In this document: positions 1-10,416 of the stretch, one piece after another
Layout: the number at the start of each line of letters is the position of its first letter
How positions within the stretch are numbered: position 1 is the first letter of the stretch
Assembly (NCBI GenBank): GCA_033763455.1
Contig: JANRKO010000006.1
Span: forward strand, 576,001 to 640,000
DNA length: 64,000 bases
Origin: Polyangiaceae bacterium
GTDB taxonomy: Bacteria; Myxococcota_A; Polyangia; Polyangiales; Polyangiaceae
Reading direction: 5' to 3'
Made by a program: the position numbers and the translations under genes
The notes under the pieces: model-generated
What the model was told of the DNA's origin: nothing
What the model saw: only the letters and a program-made list of their open reading frames with translations
Database searches by the model: none

Positions 1-113
1 TGGCGAATCGCCTTGAGCTCCGTTTCGACACGGCGTTGATCAGCTTCGATCTGCCGCAAAGCTTCCTTCAGTTTGTCGCGCTCGGCTTTGAGGGATTGGA
101 GTTCTAGAGCCAC
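1..113 (-). CDS. Partial hypothetical coiled-coil protein (runs off window start)
   Basis: Manual translation from GTG at 113: VALELQSLKAERDKLKEALRQIEADQRRVETELKAIR..., heptad-like, no stop before the window edge. Confidence 0.55.
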   Translation of the reverse strand, partial: MALELQSLKAERDKLKEALRQIEADQRRVETELKAIR

Positions 114-241
114 GCTCTATGGTTAGCAGATGCGCGCGGGGCGCGTGAAGGGGGGAGCCGATGTCCGTTTTGCTGCCAGCCCGACCAGCCATAGAATGCG
201 AGAAAGTTGAGGTCGCGGCGGGGGCCGTTTGGCCGAACAAC

Positions 242-1315
242 TCAGTCTTGCCAGACGACGCGGTTCCGCCCCAGAGCCTTGGCCTGGTAGAGCCGCCTGT
301 CCGCTATCTCAAGGAGTGCGCTTGCGCTCGTCTCAGGTGCCGCGCCGAGCGTGGCGCAACCAACGCTGACTGTTACGGGGATGGTGGCGCCCGCAGCCAG
401 GCAAGGCACAGCACCGATGGTAGCGCGAATGCGTTCACCTACGCGCACGGCGCCGGCCTCATCAATGCCGCGCAAAATGACCACGAATTCCTCCCCACCG
501 AAACGCGCGAATACGTCCTCTGTGCGTAGCCGCTGCGCAATAGCGCGAGCAACCTGCCGGAGCACAGCATCCCCCGCTGGGTGACCCCATGTGTCATTGA
601 CGCGTTTGAAGTGATCCACGTCCGCTAACAGCAGGGAAATAGGTGCCTTGTGGCGGCGAGCGAACGCGATTTCTGCCACCAGGCGTTCATCGAAGTGTTT
701 TCTGTTGAAGGCGCCGGTGAGTGCGTCCTTAGTGCTGGCCTCATAGAGCTCGCGGAGAACCTGTTCGTGTCGGGCATCAATCTGGCTGTAGCGAAAGCAG
801 ATCCGTGGGCCAAATTGCAGCCAGTCGCCGTCCTGTAGCACGGCGCGTACAATCTTCTTTCCCATTACGAAGGTGCCGTTTGCCGAACCCAGGTCCAAGA
901 CCTCGTGGGTTGCTCCGACGCGCCGAATGCGAGCGTGTTGGCGACTGATTCCGGCGTCATCAATGGCTATGCCGTTGCAGGCGTGACGCCCCAGCACCAC
1001 GTCGTCCGCGTCAATGGACTGCACCTGACCTGCAGTGATGCCGTCCATTCTCATTAAGACCGCACGGATCTGTGCTCTGCGAACTGGACGCATAGCCAAG
1101 GCGTCCACCTCGTTCGATTCGATTTGGGTGTCGAGCTCTTGCACCTCGGAGAAGCTCGGATCTTCGGCCGCGAAGGCGAACCTATCGTGCTCGTCCGGTA
1201 GGCGCACAACGGCCATCTGCGGCTCGGTGACCGTCCCCGTGTGGCCTTGCGCCAGCCTTTCCTGTGAGCGGTGGCTAGCTCCTGGGGCCGCCGACGCGCG
1301 CTTTTCAGGTTTCAC
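242..1315 (-). CDS. FHA-domain diguanylate cyclase (GGDEF)
   Basis: FHA motifs (LGR...ISRQHA...DLGSANGT); DALTG, DVDHFKRVNDTWGH, RTED I-site, GGEEF, GRNR; true start may lie downstream. Confidence 0.92.
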   Translation of the reverse strand: MKPEKRASAAPGASHRSQERLAQGHTGTVTEPQMAVVRLPDEHDRFAFAAEDPSFSEVQELDTQIESNEVDALAMRPVRRAQIRAVLMRMDGITAGQVQSIDADDVVLGRHACNGIAIDDAGISRQHARIRRVGATHEVLDLGSANGTFVMGKKIVRAVLQDGDWLQFGPRICFRYSQIDARHEQVLRELYEASTKDALTGAFNRKHFDERLVAEIAFARRHKAPISLLLADVDHFKRVNDTWGHPAGDAVLRQVARAIAQRLRTEDVFARFGGEEFVVILRGIDEAGAVRVGERIRATIGAVPCLAAGATIPVTVSVGCATLGAAPETSASALLEIADRRLYQAKALGRNRVVWQD

Positions 1316-2568
1316 CCCGAAACCTCGGGAAATGGCCGGCCTGGCTTGGCGAACAGGAAGCCTTGCAGAAGATCGCAGCCGAGCTCAATGAGCACGTCGC
1401 GTTCTTCGGGGACCTCTACGCCCTCGGCGACAACCAACATGCCCATGTCCTGAGAAAGCGTGGTCATGGAACGCACCACCTTCTGCTTAGTGGAATTCTT
1501 GTGCACGTCGCGGATCAAAGACATATCCAGCTTTACAATCTCGGGCTCGAGCTGCGCGAAGCTGGAGAGGCCTGCGTAGCCTGCGCCCATATCATCGACG
1601 GCGATGCGGTAGCCCATTTCGCGTAGTTCGGCCACGCGGTTTCTGGCATCGGCAACTTCATTGATGGAAGCGCGTTCGGTAATTTCCAAGATCACGCGGT
1701 GCGCCACTTTTGCAAGCGGAGTGTTCGGATCTACAAGCAACGGATCTACGAGATCCGTCACGTGAAGATTCACGAACAACATAGCGTCGGGCTGGGCGCC
1801 GAGGGGGGCCGGCGCTAGTTCTCGTACGCGCCTTCCTAGAAGCTGGAGTGCCCCTAATCGATCCGCCGCATCGAGCATCGCACCTGGGTGCGGAAGTGTT
1901 GGCTCGGTGCTGCGCATAAGGGCTTCGTAGCCATAAATGGCGCGTGTTTTCGACACCAAGATTGGCTGATAGGCGATCCAGAGGTTTTCGAGCGCCCGCT
2001 CAAAGCTCGCTTCAAGGCCCGCACGGTCGGCAGCGAGCATGCCACCGTTGCCAAGGAGCTCAGCGGCTTGTTGTTTCAGCCGCGCCATGCGGTGAACCTG
2101 CACGGCGCGCTGGATTTCCTTCTCAACCACCTGTGGGTTCAAGGGTTTCGTGAGGTAGAGCAGTGCGCCGTATTCAAGTGCCGAGATTGCCGTGCTCACC
2201 GAAGGGTCACCCGTCATGAGGATTACGGGTACGTGCAAATCGTGCTCGCGTACTTCCCGAAGCAGCTGGATGCCATCCATGTTCGGCATCGAAATATCGC
2301 TCATGATGACGTCGAAACGAGCCTTGTCCGCACAAGATACCGCGTCCGCACCATTGCTAGCGGTCGTCACGTCGTAGCCTGCAGTCTCCAAAACGCGCAG
2401 CAAGCTCTTTAGAACATGGGGGTCGTCATCGACGAGAAGCACGCGGGGTGGGGTCGCTTTCACCTTTTCTCCGGATCCAGGCACAATAGAATCCTTTTTT
2501 GACGAAGGCGGCGCAGACATGGAGCTCTTCATGCGCGGCTCCGAGCGCAAAGCACGGATCACTTCCAT
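1312..2568 (-). CDS. Response regulator receiver + EAL c-di-GMP phosphodiesterase
   Basis: REC (VLLVDDD, SDISMP, LTKP) then EAL (YQP, YEALMR, LEITE, DDMGAGY, KLD, AEGVE, QGF); start uncertain (ATG 2568 or 2532; ORF open to 2805). Confidence 0.9.
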   Translation of the reverse strand: MEVIRALRSEPRMKSSMSAPPSSKKDSIVPGSGEKVKATPPRVLLVDDDPHVLKSLLRVLETAGYDVTTASNGADAVSCADKARFDVIMSDISMPNMDGIQLLREVREHDLHVPVILMTGDPSVSTAISALEYGALLYLTKPLNPQVVEKEIQRAVQVHRMARLKQQAAELLGNGGMLAADRAGLEASFERALENLWIAYQPILVSKTRAIYGYEALMRSTEPTLPHPGAMLDAADRLGALQLLGRRVRELAPAPLGAQPDAMLFVNLHVTDLVDPLLVDPNTPLAKVAHRVILEITERASINEVADARNRVAELREMGYRIAVDDMGAGYAGLSSFAQLEPEIVKLDMSLIRDVHKNSTKQKVVRSMTTLSQDMGMLVVAEGVEVPEERDVLIELGCDLLQGFLFAKPGRPFPEVSG

Positions 2569-2831
2569 CGGCGAGAGCGCTTCTACAGCGACCTGCTTTA
2601 CCGAATGTCTTTCGTCGGACTTGGAGCTCACAGGATTGCGTTCATTAGACGAGGGGAGGGGAAGGGGAATTGCTGATTCGGCTCTGCATGTCATGAGGAG
2701 ACCCCGCCTTTGGACGTTTGATGACCGAGGGTTGCAATGGACACCGGTAGAGGCCTTTAGGTGTTGTCTTCGTGAACGGGCCGGTCCGGGAGCTACTGCA
2801 GACAAAAGAGTCGTTGAGTCTGTCCGGCCCG

Positions 2832-3200
2832 CTATTGCGGGGAAGTTGGCTTTACAGGCTCCATCACCAGCGTCCCATTCCTAGAAACCCGGTAGTAGCG
2901 TCTGTGGGTTTTTTGGCGCGCCCCTCGCACTTCCCGCGTTAGGTAATCGAGCGGGTTGAGTCGCTCTTGGGTGTTAGGTCGCTGGTCAACCTTCATCAAC
3001 CGCGCGCCCTCCGGAAGCGGCACCTTGAGGCGCTGTGCCCACACAGTACCCGATGCGCGTTCCAGGGATTCACATACAGTTCCATCTAACTCTTTCGGAT
3101 GCGTCCAGCATCCCTTGAACCAGACAAACCACACTACCTTCTGGGTTCCGTGTGGGGTCACGGCCTCGCTTTCGGTGAGCTCTACGAGCAGATCGTTCAA
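2832..3200 (-). CDS. Hypothetical protein
   Basis: 122-aa ORF filling the gap between co-oriented genes; no motif recognised. Confidence 0.6.
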   Translation of the reverse strand: MNDLLVELTESEAVTPHGTQKVVWFVWFKGCWTHPKELDGTVCESLERASGTVWAQRLKVPLPEGARLMKVDQRPNTQERLNPLDYLTREVRGARQKTHRRYYRVSRNGTLVMEPVKPTSPQ

Positions 3201-3227
3201 AGCATCATCCCAAACGTAGGTGTCACC

Positions 3228-3692
3228 CTACTCCCATGTCACACGGCCACTCCGCGCGTGCTCCAAGATGTCGCTCATTCCGTGCGAGAGATTATTCGGA
3301 AGTGCATCGGTCTCGAACAAGCTCACTTCCTTGACTTCTAGTGCGTTCATCGGCGCGCATTCTGGAGTGCTGACATCGGCGTACACGACGACTGTAACTG
3401 CGTGAAAGCGAAAATCACGAGCCGGATCTGAATAGACCCCCGCAAGCGTTCCCAAACGCAGCACACGGCAGCCGGTTTCCTCGAAGAGCTCACGTTCGAT
3501 CGAAGTGCGCAACGTTTCACCCCATTCGAGCGTGCCACCGGGCAGTGCCCACAACCCCGTGTCGCCGCGACGGATGAGCACCCAACGGCCATCCGGGGTG
3601 CGCGCAGCTGCGAGAATGCCCACTACCGGACGCCGCAGGACATGACGTCCGACCTCTTTGATGATACCCCAGACTCCGCGCGCGATTGCCAC
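3228..3692 (-). CDS. NUDIX hydrolase
   Basis: Nudix box GGTLEWGETLRTSIERELFEETG; start GTG 3692 inferred. Confidence 0.88.
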   Translation of the reverse strand: MAIARGVWGIIKEVGRHVLRRPVVGILAAARTPDGRWVLIRRGDTGLWALPGGTLEWGETLRTSIERELFEETGCRVLRLGTLAGVYSDPARDFRFHAVTVVVYADVSTPECAPMNALEVKEVSLFETDALPNNLSHGMSDILEHARSGRVTWE

Positions 3693-3703
3693 AGTTAGAG
3701 AGC

Positions 3704-5281
3704 ATGCCGGATCGAGTCCTGAAATCATCCCTCTCGAAGTTTTTGCGACCTTCTCCGCGGTTCGAGCGGCCACGCTGCTCCTCGGGCCGACAGCTGATGC
3801 TCGGGCCTCTGCTCGGCTTGGCTGCCTTGAGCAGTTGTTCCCACCTAGAGCCCCCGGGCGCACGCGATGCCAAGACCAGTGTCACGGTACGTGCGCCGCA
3901 CTCCAACCTAGCCGGAGCCGCGGGGAACTCCGAGCTCGACGCCGCTCTGCCATTCGTTCCAACCGGCACCAAGCTTGCCAGCATTGCGTGGCGAACGTGG
4001 ATCTACACAGACACGACACCGAAACGCACTCGCTACGGCTATCTCCGCATGGGTGAAGTGGTCGATGCGCGCGGCCCCGAAGCGGTGAACGATGGTTGTC
4101 GGGGCGGTTGGTATCGCGTGAACCCACGCGGCTTCGTGTGCCTGGGAAAGGGTGCCACCTTAGATTTGAACGATCCGTTGCTCCCGATGTCGGCAGTGCG
4201 CCCCGTACGTGGTCAATCGCTGCCGTACCGTTACGTTCGCGCTGGGGATCCGCCGCCGCTTCTCTATTTCAAGCTTCCTTCGGCACGCCAATGGACGGAA
4301 ATCGAAGGTGATCGCAGTGGGCGAATCGCGATCTGGAAAGAGCGCGTCGAGCGCATGTTTCCAGGCTATTTGGCCTCCCTGGGTACGGCTCCCCCGTTCC
4401 TGTTAAATGGCGCGAGCCTAGTGAAGCCGTACGGTGTGAAGCAACCGCTCAGGTATCAGCTCCATGCCGGGCGCGCAGGGCGAGAGGGTGGCTTCGCGTT
4501 GCAGAGCGTCTTTACGCACGAGGGGCGCGTTTTTGGACTTACAACCGAGCACGATCTGATTGCTTTAGACAACACCGAGCCCGCAACCGAAAGTGCCCTT
4601 GCTGGCGTACAACTTCAAAAAGGGGAGGATTTGCCGGTCGGCTTTGTGAAGTTGCCTATGGCTACTCGTTACGAACTCCTGCCAAATGGCGAGATGCGCG
4701 TAACGGAAGCCTTGCCCAAACGAACCGCGGTGAAGTTGTCTGGCAAAAAACGCCAAGCCTTCTACGAGCTCACCGATGGGTCGTACGTGCCGGCGGAGGC
4801 ACTCTTGGTTGTTCCGAAGAGGGATACGTTTGCCAGTTTCGCGACCGGGACGCGCAAGTGGATCGACGTGTCGATTCTCTCACAGACTCTGGTGGCGTAT
4901 GAGGGGCGGCACCCAGCCTATGTAACGCTCGTGAGCACTGGCCGCGGTGTGTTAGCCGACCCGGAAACAACGCTGGCTACGGTTACCGGTACCTTCATGA
5001 TTCACACCAAACACATAACAGCCACTATGGACGGCGACGAAGATCGCGCTGATTCTTTAGAGCTCCGAGATGTGCCTTTTGTCCAATATTTCCACAAAGG
5101 TTACGCTTTCCACGGCGTGTATTGGCATGATGATTTCGGCAAGGTGAGAAGCCACGGCTGTATCAACCTAGCCCCCCGTGATGCGGCCTGGCTCTTCGAT
5201 TGGACCGACCCGCAGCTCCCCCAGGGGTGGCACTCGGTTATCAATTTGGAGCGCGGGACGGTGGTGTTGATCCATCCTTAG
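3704..5281 (+). CDS. L,D-transpeptidase (YkuD family) lipoprotein
   Basis: C-terminal HGVYWH...SHGCINL catalytic motif; lipobox-like LSSC; start uncertain (ATG 3704 or 3797). Confidence 0.88.
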   Translation: MPDRVLKSSLSKFLRPSPRFERPRCSSGRQLMLGPLLGLAALSSCSHLEPPGARDAKTSVTVRAPHSNLAGAAGNSELDAALPFVPTGTKLASIAWRTWIYTDTTPKRTRYGYLRMGEVVDARGPEAVNDGCRGGWYRVNPRGFVCLGKGATLDLNDPLLPMSAVRPVRGQSLPYRYVRAGDPPPLLYFKLPSARQWTEIEGDRSGRIAIWKERVERMFPGYLASLGTAPPFLLNGASLVKPYGVKQPLRYQLHAGRAGREGGFALQSVFTHEGRVFGLTTEHDLIALDNTEPATESALAGVQLQKGEDLPVGFVKLPMATRYELLPNGEMRVTEALPKRTAVKLSGKKRQAFYELTDGSYVPAEALLVVPKRDTFASFATGTRKWIDVSILSQTLVAYEGRHPAYVTLVSTGRGVLADPETTLATVTGTFMIHTKHITATMDGDEDRADSLELRDVPFVQYFHKGYAFHGVYWHDDFGKVRSHGCINLAPRDAAWLFDWTDPQLPQGWHSVINLERGTVVLIHP

Positions 5282-5432
5282 TGGATCGGTTCAAGGTGCT
5301 TGAGCTTGGGGACTTCGACGCCAACCCCGCGCCGTGCCTCTGCCGTGCGTCACCGTAGGTTACGGCCAAACAACAAAAACCCCAATATTCCGATGTTGCC
5401 TGAGCCAATGCCTCAAATGGCCGCGTAGGGGG

Positions 5433-7196
5433 CTACGGCAGCAAGTCCACTCTATCAGCGTACACTTCGAACTGGGCTGGCTCTTCCCCGGCTTCCAGCA
5501 CGAAGGGTGCCTCCACCACGATGCCTGAGTTGGCGGCCAATTCGGTCTCTAGCCGAACAGTGATTTCGCTGAGAACTAGAGGGGGCTCGGCGATGGGCTT
5601 CTTGTAGCTCACTGGTGTTTGGAGAGCGCGCCAGCGCAGGGCGGGGTCTTTTTGCGGGGTGTCCGCAGCGTTGTAGATGCAGGTGCGCGCTATTCGGCTC
5701 GTGTCGGAACCCTTTACCGTGGCGTCGCAGGTGCGGAGATTGCCCTGAGTCCAGAGCAGACGCTGGAGGTATGGGTTCTCGTTGTCGCGCAAGGCATCAC
5801 GGAGCTTTAGTATGGCCTCTTTGGCGCGTGGGTCGCCCAGATAGGCTAACATCATAGCGCCGTGCATGCGCACGGGGCGGTGGTTTGCTTCGAGCAGTTC
5901 GAAGAAGCGATCGGCGGGGGCTGCGCCGTCGCCACCTGGGCCGATATCCCCGGGGATAGGGTTGTCCACCTCAAATTCGGAACCTTCACCCTCCACGCGC
6001 CACTTAATGGCCTTACCAGCGCCGAGTGGACCCGCGAAGTAAACCACACGATCTTCTGTGAAGTGGCGATCTTTGCCCTTACCGTCAAAGAAACGCACCG
6101 TGAGGCTGATTTCCGAGAGGGGTTCGCTGCCGTTGTTCACGACCCCCACATCCACCAAAAGTTCGGTCTTCCTGCCGCGATTTTTGCCCTTTTCCGAGAG
6201 CGCCAAGATGCTCATGCGTTCGATGGGTTGCTGCCAGAGCGCTGAGCCCGGGCGCAGGCAACGGCAGGCTACGCCCCCAATTGCAGGGGGTTCTTTGGGA
6301 TTGTGCTGTGGCGCCACGCCACGATGGCGTTTTGATGGGAGCTGTCCGCGCGTGGGGTCCGAGTCGTTGGAGGAGCCTTGCTTTGAGCTGTTACCCTGAG
6401 GTGCTTCATCGAAAGCGGAGTCCCCCGTGCTTTCGCCGAATAGGGCTGTTTGGTTGGGGGGGATCCGCGCGGCCTCGGCTTCACTCCTCGGGCCCGTGAG
6501 GAGCCAGCGCGCTGTGAGAACGGTGGCCAAGGAGGCGGCCGTGAGCGTGATCACGATGGCGACGGTCGTTCTCGGGAGGGCTCCCTGAAATGTGGGTAGC
6601 GGTAAGGGTGTGCGCGGAAGCGGAGGCAACGAAGCGCTGCGGAATAATGCCGGAAAATGGCTTTCCAATTCGGCGAGGAAGATCAAGCGGGCGGCTTCGG
6701 AATCGATGGGCGAAAACGCGAGGCGTCGATGGGTAGTGAGGCCCAAGGTTAAGATCGCGCCCGCCCCAAACAAACAGGCCAAAATGGCCGCGGTGGGTGT
6801 AAGGGCGTTCGACTGCCAGCCTACAACGAGCGCAGCTATCCCAAAAGCAAACGCGACAGCTAGTACGGCTATGAGCAAGAGCCAACGTTGTCGCCGGAGT
6901 TCCTTTACGGCGCTAGGGACAACTGCCTGAAAATCAACGAGCGTTAACCGATTGTGAGGGGCAAGCTTCGGAGCGAATTCGATGTAAAGCTGGTTGCCTT
7001 CGGCCCGTGCTTGTGAAAGTTGGTCCCAGGGCACCAACACTTTGTGTCCCTCCGTCACGGCGCCTGGGGCGTAATCAGTCTTGAAGGCACCCACGCCGAG
7101 AAAAGAGATGTTGAGGCCTTCTCCGGTGCTTTCGAGTTCGAGAGGGCCAACCGCGTTGCTTCGCGTCGAGGCCACCGCTCTTGCGGAGAACCTCAT
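5433..7196 (-). CDS. Hypothetical membrane protein, three TM segments, FxLYD-like Ig domain and HEAT-like segment
   Basis: Hydrophobic stretches; GVVNNGSEPLSEISLTVRFFDGKG resembles FxLYD; VRMHGAMMLAYLGDPRA resembles a HEAT/PBS repeat; 4-nt overlap with the upstream gene. Confidence 0.65.
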   Translation of the reverse strand: MRFSARAVASTRSNAVGPLELESTGEGLNISFLGVGAFKTDYAPGAVTEGHKVLVPWDQLSQARAEGNQLYIEFAPKLAPHNRLTLVDFQAVVPSAVKELRRQRWLLLIAVLAVAFAFGIAALVVGWQSNALTPTAAILACLFGAGAILTLGLTTHRRLAFSPIDSEAARLIFLAELESHFPALFRSASLPPLPRTPLPLPTFQGALPRTTVAIVITLTAASLATVLTARWLLTGPRSEAEAARIPPNQTALFGESTGDSAFDEAPQGNSSKQGSSNDSDPTRGQLPSKRHRGVAPQHNPKEPPAIGGVACRCLRPGSALWQQPIERMSILALSEKGKNRGRKTELLVDVGVVNNGSEPLSEISLTVRFFDGKGKDRHFTEDRVVYFAGPLGAGKAIKWRVEGEGSEFEVDNPIPGDIGPGGDGAAPADRFFELLEANHRPVRMHGAMMLAYLGDPRAKEAILKLRDALRDNENPYLQRLLWTQGNLRTCDATVKGSDTSRIARTCIYNAADTPQKDPALRWRALQTPVSYKKPIAEPPLVLSEITVRLETELAANSGIVVEAPFVLEAGEEPAQFEVYADRVDLLP

Positions 7197-8035
7197 GGGA
7201 GCGTGGTGTTCACGTTCCCTGCGTGGTCCGCGAACTCGGCAATGCGTTCGACCAAGAGTTCTGCGTCGTAGTCGAGCGTGGCCACGTGGTACGAGTTCTC
7301 AAGCACGAGTTCAGACACGGCAGCGTTCGGGAGGGAGCGGGCCAAAGCTTCCGAATTGGCGGGGGAGACGGAGTGATCTTCGCGGGAGCGCACTACGAGC
7401 ACCGGAACCTTGATGGCGCCGAGGCGTTCGCGCACTTTTGGCAGGGCTTCCACGAGCGAGTGGCCGGCGAGTACCGGCATTGATTTGTACGCATGTTCGT
7501 CCATCGACGGCTTCTTGACGTCGTTACGCTTGAGCCCTGCGAGCGCTGCGGGGACGAGCGGGGAAACCTTGGCTATCCACGGTGCCAAGCTCACTGCGAT
7601 GCCCTTGCGATCTAGGATCTGTGCGTTGATGGGCACCACGCCCACCACCTTTGGCAACGCATCTGTTGCAACATCCACCGCAAGCGTTCCTCCCATAGAA
7701 AGCCCTGCCAGCACGACCGCGTCTACCTCTTGGGCCAAAGCTTCGGTGACTTTTCGCACATGGGCGCGCCACTCAGGGTAACGCGTGGTGAGCATGTCCC
7801 GAACGTCCGTGCCGTGTCCCGGAAGCCTTGGCACCTCAACGCGAAACCCGAGAGCATTGAGTGCTCTGGCGACGGGCGCCACTGAACTCGGACGCCCGGT
7901 AAAGCCGTGCATGAACACGATGCCTACTTTCGCGCGTCCGCCTTTGCCCGGAAGCGAGAGGGGATGGCCTCCTTCAGCGATTGGGTAGGCGGGTGAAGAT
8001 TCAGAAGCGAGTGTTGCGGGGGAAGCTGTGACCAC
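7193..8035 (-). CDS. Alpha/beta hydrolase (carboxylesterase/monoacylglycerol lipase-like)
   Basis: HGFTG oxyanion motif, GLSMGG nucleophile elbow, EDHSV Asp, SYH His. Confidence 0.9.
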   Translation of the reverse strand: MVTASPATLASESSPAYPIAEGGHPLSLPGKGGRAKVGIVFMHGFTGRPSSVAPVARALNALGFRVEVPRLPGHGTDVRDMLTTRYPEWRAHVRKVTEALAQEVDAVVLAGLSMGGTLAVDVATDALPKVVGVVPINAQILDRKGIAVSLAPWIAKVSPLVPAALAGLKRNDVKKPSMDEHAYKSMPVLAGHSLVEALPKVRERLGAIKVPVLVVRSREDHSVSPANSEALARSLPNAAVSELVLENSYHVATLDYDAELLVERIAEFADHAGNVNTTLP

Positions 8036-8050
8036 GGGGGCTCCTCAGGT

Positions 8051-9118
8051 TCAGAATAGGCGGCCCTGCTTGGGGGCGTCTAGGAAGGGAAAACCAAGAT
8101 GATCGTAGGCCTTGCGCGTTGCGATGCGGCCCCGGGGTGTGCGCCCCAGAAATCCTTGTTGGAGCAAGTACGGCTCGTAGACATCTTCGATGGTGTCGCG
8201 GGGCTCGGCCAGTGCGGCTGCCAGCGTTTCGACACCCACGGGGCCCCCTTCGTAGTGTTCGATCAAGATAGTGAGCAAGCGCCGATCCATCTCATCTAGG
8301 CCGGCTCGATCGATCTCTAGGCGTTCGCAGGTCATCTCCGCGATGCGAGCGTCGATCCGGCCGTTGCCTTCCACTTGCGCAAAATCACGCACGCGCCTGA
8401 GGATGCGATTGGCAACCCGAGGGGTTCCGCGTGATCGACTCGCGAGCACACGTGCAGCATCTTCGTCGCACGCGATGTCGAGCAAGCGGGCGCTGCGCAC
8501 GATGATCTGTTCGAGTTCGTCGTCCGAGTAGAAATCAAGCCGGAGCGTGACCCCAAAACGTTCGTGCAGGGGTTTGGTCAAAAGCCCCGTACGTGTGGTC
8601 GCTCCGATCAAGGTGAAGGGCTGAAGGGGCAGGGAGATGCTGTCGGCAAAAGCCCCGTCGCCTGTCATGACGTCCACGCGGAAGCCTTCGATCGCTGGAT
8701 AAAGCGCTTCCTCCACAGTGGCGGTCAAACGGTGGATCTCGTCGATGAACAACACGTCCGCGCGGTTTAGCCGTGTGAGGAGGCCGGTAAGCACGCCCTT
8801 ATGTTCCACGACGGGGCCACTTGTGGTTAACAAGTTCACTCCCATCTCTTTGGCCAGGATGTTCGCGAGTGTGGTCTTGCCGAGGCCAGGGGGGCCACAC
8901 AGCAAGATGTGGTCGAGTGGTTCGCCGCGCTCGCGGGCCGCTTTCACGTAGACTTTGAGGTTGGATTTGTGGCGTTCCTGCCCTACGAATTCATCGAGCG
9001 TTTCCGGACGAAAGAGACGATCGAAACGGTCGTCTTCGTTGCCACCTTGGCCATCCACCGCACGCGGGGCCGCGACGGGTGCACTCTCTTCGGAGTCGGG
9101 GCGCTTGCGGCTTGCCAT
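8051..9118 (-). CDS. ruvB: Holliday junction branch migration helicase RuvB
   Basis: GPPGLGKTT, FIDEIHR, GATTRTG, SRGTPRVANR, EPYLLQQGFLGRTPRGR. Confidence 0.97.
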   Translation of the reverse strand: MASRKRPDSEESAPVAAPRAVDGQGGNEDDRFDRLFRPETLDEFVGQERHKSNLKVYVKAARERGEPLDHILLCGPPGLGKTTLANILAKEMGVNLLTTSGPVVEHKGVLTGLLTRLNRADVLFIDEIHRLTATVEEALYPAIEGFRVDVMTGDGAFADSISLPLQPFTLIGATTRTGLLTKPLHERFGVTLRLDFYSDDELEQIIVRSARLLDIACDEDAARVLASRSRGTPRVANRILRRVRDFAQVEGNGRIDARIAEMTCERLEIDRAGLDEMDRRLLTILIEHYEGGPVGVETLAAALAEPRDTIEDVYEPYLLQQGFLGRTPRGRIATRKAYDHLGFPFLDAPKQGRLF

Positions 9119-9435
9119 GGCCGGGCGACCTTATAGCGCAAATGCCGGGGGCGCCACCGACCTGGGCTAAACTGCGCGGGCCCTGATGCGCGTGCGGAAA
9201 AAGGCGTGAGGAACCTGCGGCGCAGCGCCACGAGACGCGTCAGCGACCGAGAGGAGCTTCACGGACCGGAATAGGTACTTAGCATACAAAGTACCGTGGC
9301 CGGGCGCGACGGCGACCTCCCACACCCCTACTGGTTCACATGCATGCGATTGACCCGTCGGCGATTCACGTACGTTTGACGCGCCTCCCAATTCCCAGGC
9401 AGCCTGGCCTCCAACAAGCTCGAAGGTGAAACCTC

Positions 9436-10407
9436 ATGCGTTATCGAAAATTAGGAAAATCAGACATTTCCGTGTCCGAAATCAGCATGGGCTGCTGGAC
9501 GATGGGCGGCCTCAATTGGGTGAACGGAAACGCGAACGGCTGGGCCAACGTGGATGAAGCAGAGGTTGCTCGCGCGATTGATTTCGCGATCGACCACGGT
9601 GTGAACCACTTCGACAACGCGGACGTGTATGGCAACGGCAAAGCCGAACGCATGCTGGCCCGCATCTTGGGCGCTCGCAGCAATCGCCTGGTAATTGCGA
9701 CAAAAGTGGGACATTTCCCGGGGACTGCTGAGCATGCCTACGAGCCTCAGCACATTCGCCACCAATGCGAGCAATCACTCGTTAACCTAAAGCGGGATTA
9801 CATCGATCTCTACTATTTTCACCATGGTGATTTCGGTCCCGAAGACAGATACTTGGACCCTGCGATCCAAACGCTGCGTGACCTGAAGCGCGAGGGCAAG
9901 ATCCGTTTAATCGGGCAATCGGCGTATTCTTCTGCAGATTTCTTGCGAGTGGTGCCAAAGGTGGAGCCTGATGTGCTCCAGAGCTGGGCACACTGCTTAG
10001 ACGCCCAGTTCATCTTGCCGGGAACACCGGTGCGGCGTTTGCTCGACGAGCGGCAGATGTCTTTCGTAGCATTTTCGCCGTTGGCCCAAGGGCTGCTCCT
10101 AGGAAAGTACCAACCCGGCAAAGTGCCGGACTTTGAGCCGGGGGATCACCGTCGAGGTAGTGACCGCTTCAGCGACGAGGCGCTTGAGAAGTTGGCGCCC
10201 AAGCTTTCCCAACTTAAGGAGCGTTTTGGCGAAAGCCCTAAGGAGTTAGCCCGTGCGGCGCTCCAGTATTTGCTGGCTGTTCCTGCGGTAGCTTGCGTCA
10301 TCCCTGGCTTTCGGAACTTGGCGCAAGCTGAGATAAACGTGGGTGCAGGTGAAACGCCATTGAACGAGGCGGAAGTAGCTGCCATCACCCGGATTTTTGC
10401 TGGCTGA
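9436..10407 (+). CDS. Aldo/keto reductase
   Basis: MRYRKLG start, FDNADVYG, IATKVG, DYIDLYYFH, GKIR, SPLAQGLL. Confidence 0.93.
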   Translation: MRYRKLGKSDISVSEISMGCWTMGGLNWVNGNANGWANVDEAEVARAIDFAIDHGVNHFDNADVYGNGKAERMLARILGARSNRLVIATKVGHFPGTAEHAYEPQHIRHQCEQSLVNLKRDYIDLYYFHHGDFGPEDRYLDPAIQTLRDLKREGKIRLIGQSAYSSADFLRVVPKVEPDVLQSWAHCLDAQFILPGTPVRRLLDERQMSFVAFSPLAQGLLLGKYQPGKVPDFEPGDHRRGSDRFSDEALEKLAPKLSQLKERFGESPKELARAALQYLLAVPAVACVIPGFRNLAQAEINVGAGETPLNEAEVAAITRIFAG

Positions 10408-10416
10408 GCCGCGGGC

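Noticed and set aside
9350..9376. TTGACC...TACGTT sigma70 promoter for the aldo/keto reductase
   Set aside because: The spacer is only 15 bp
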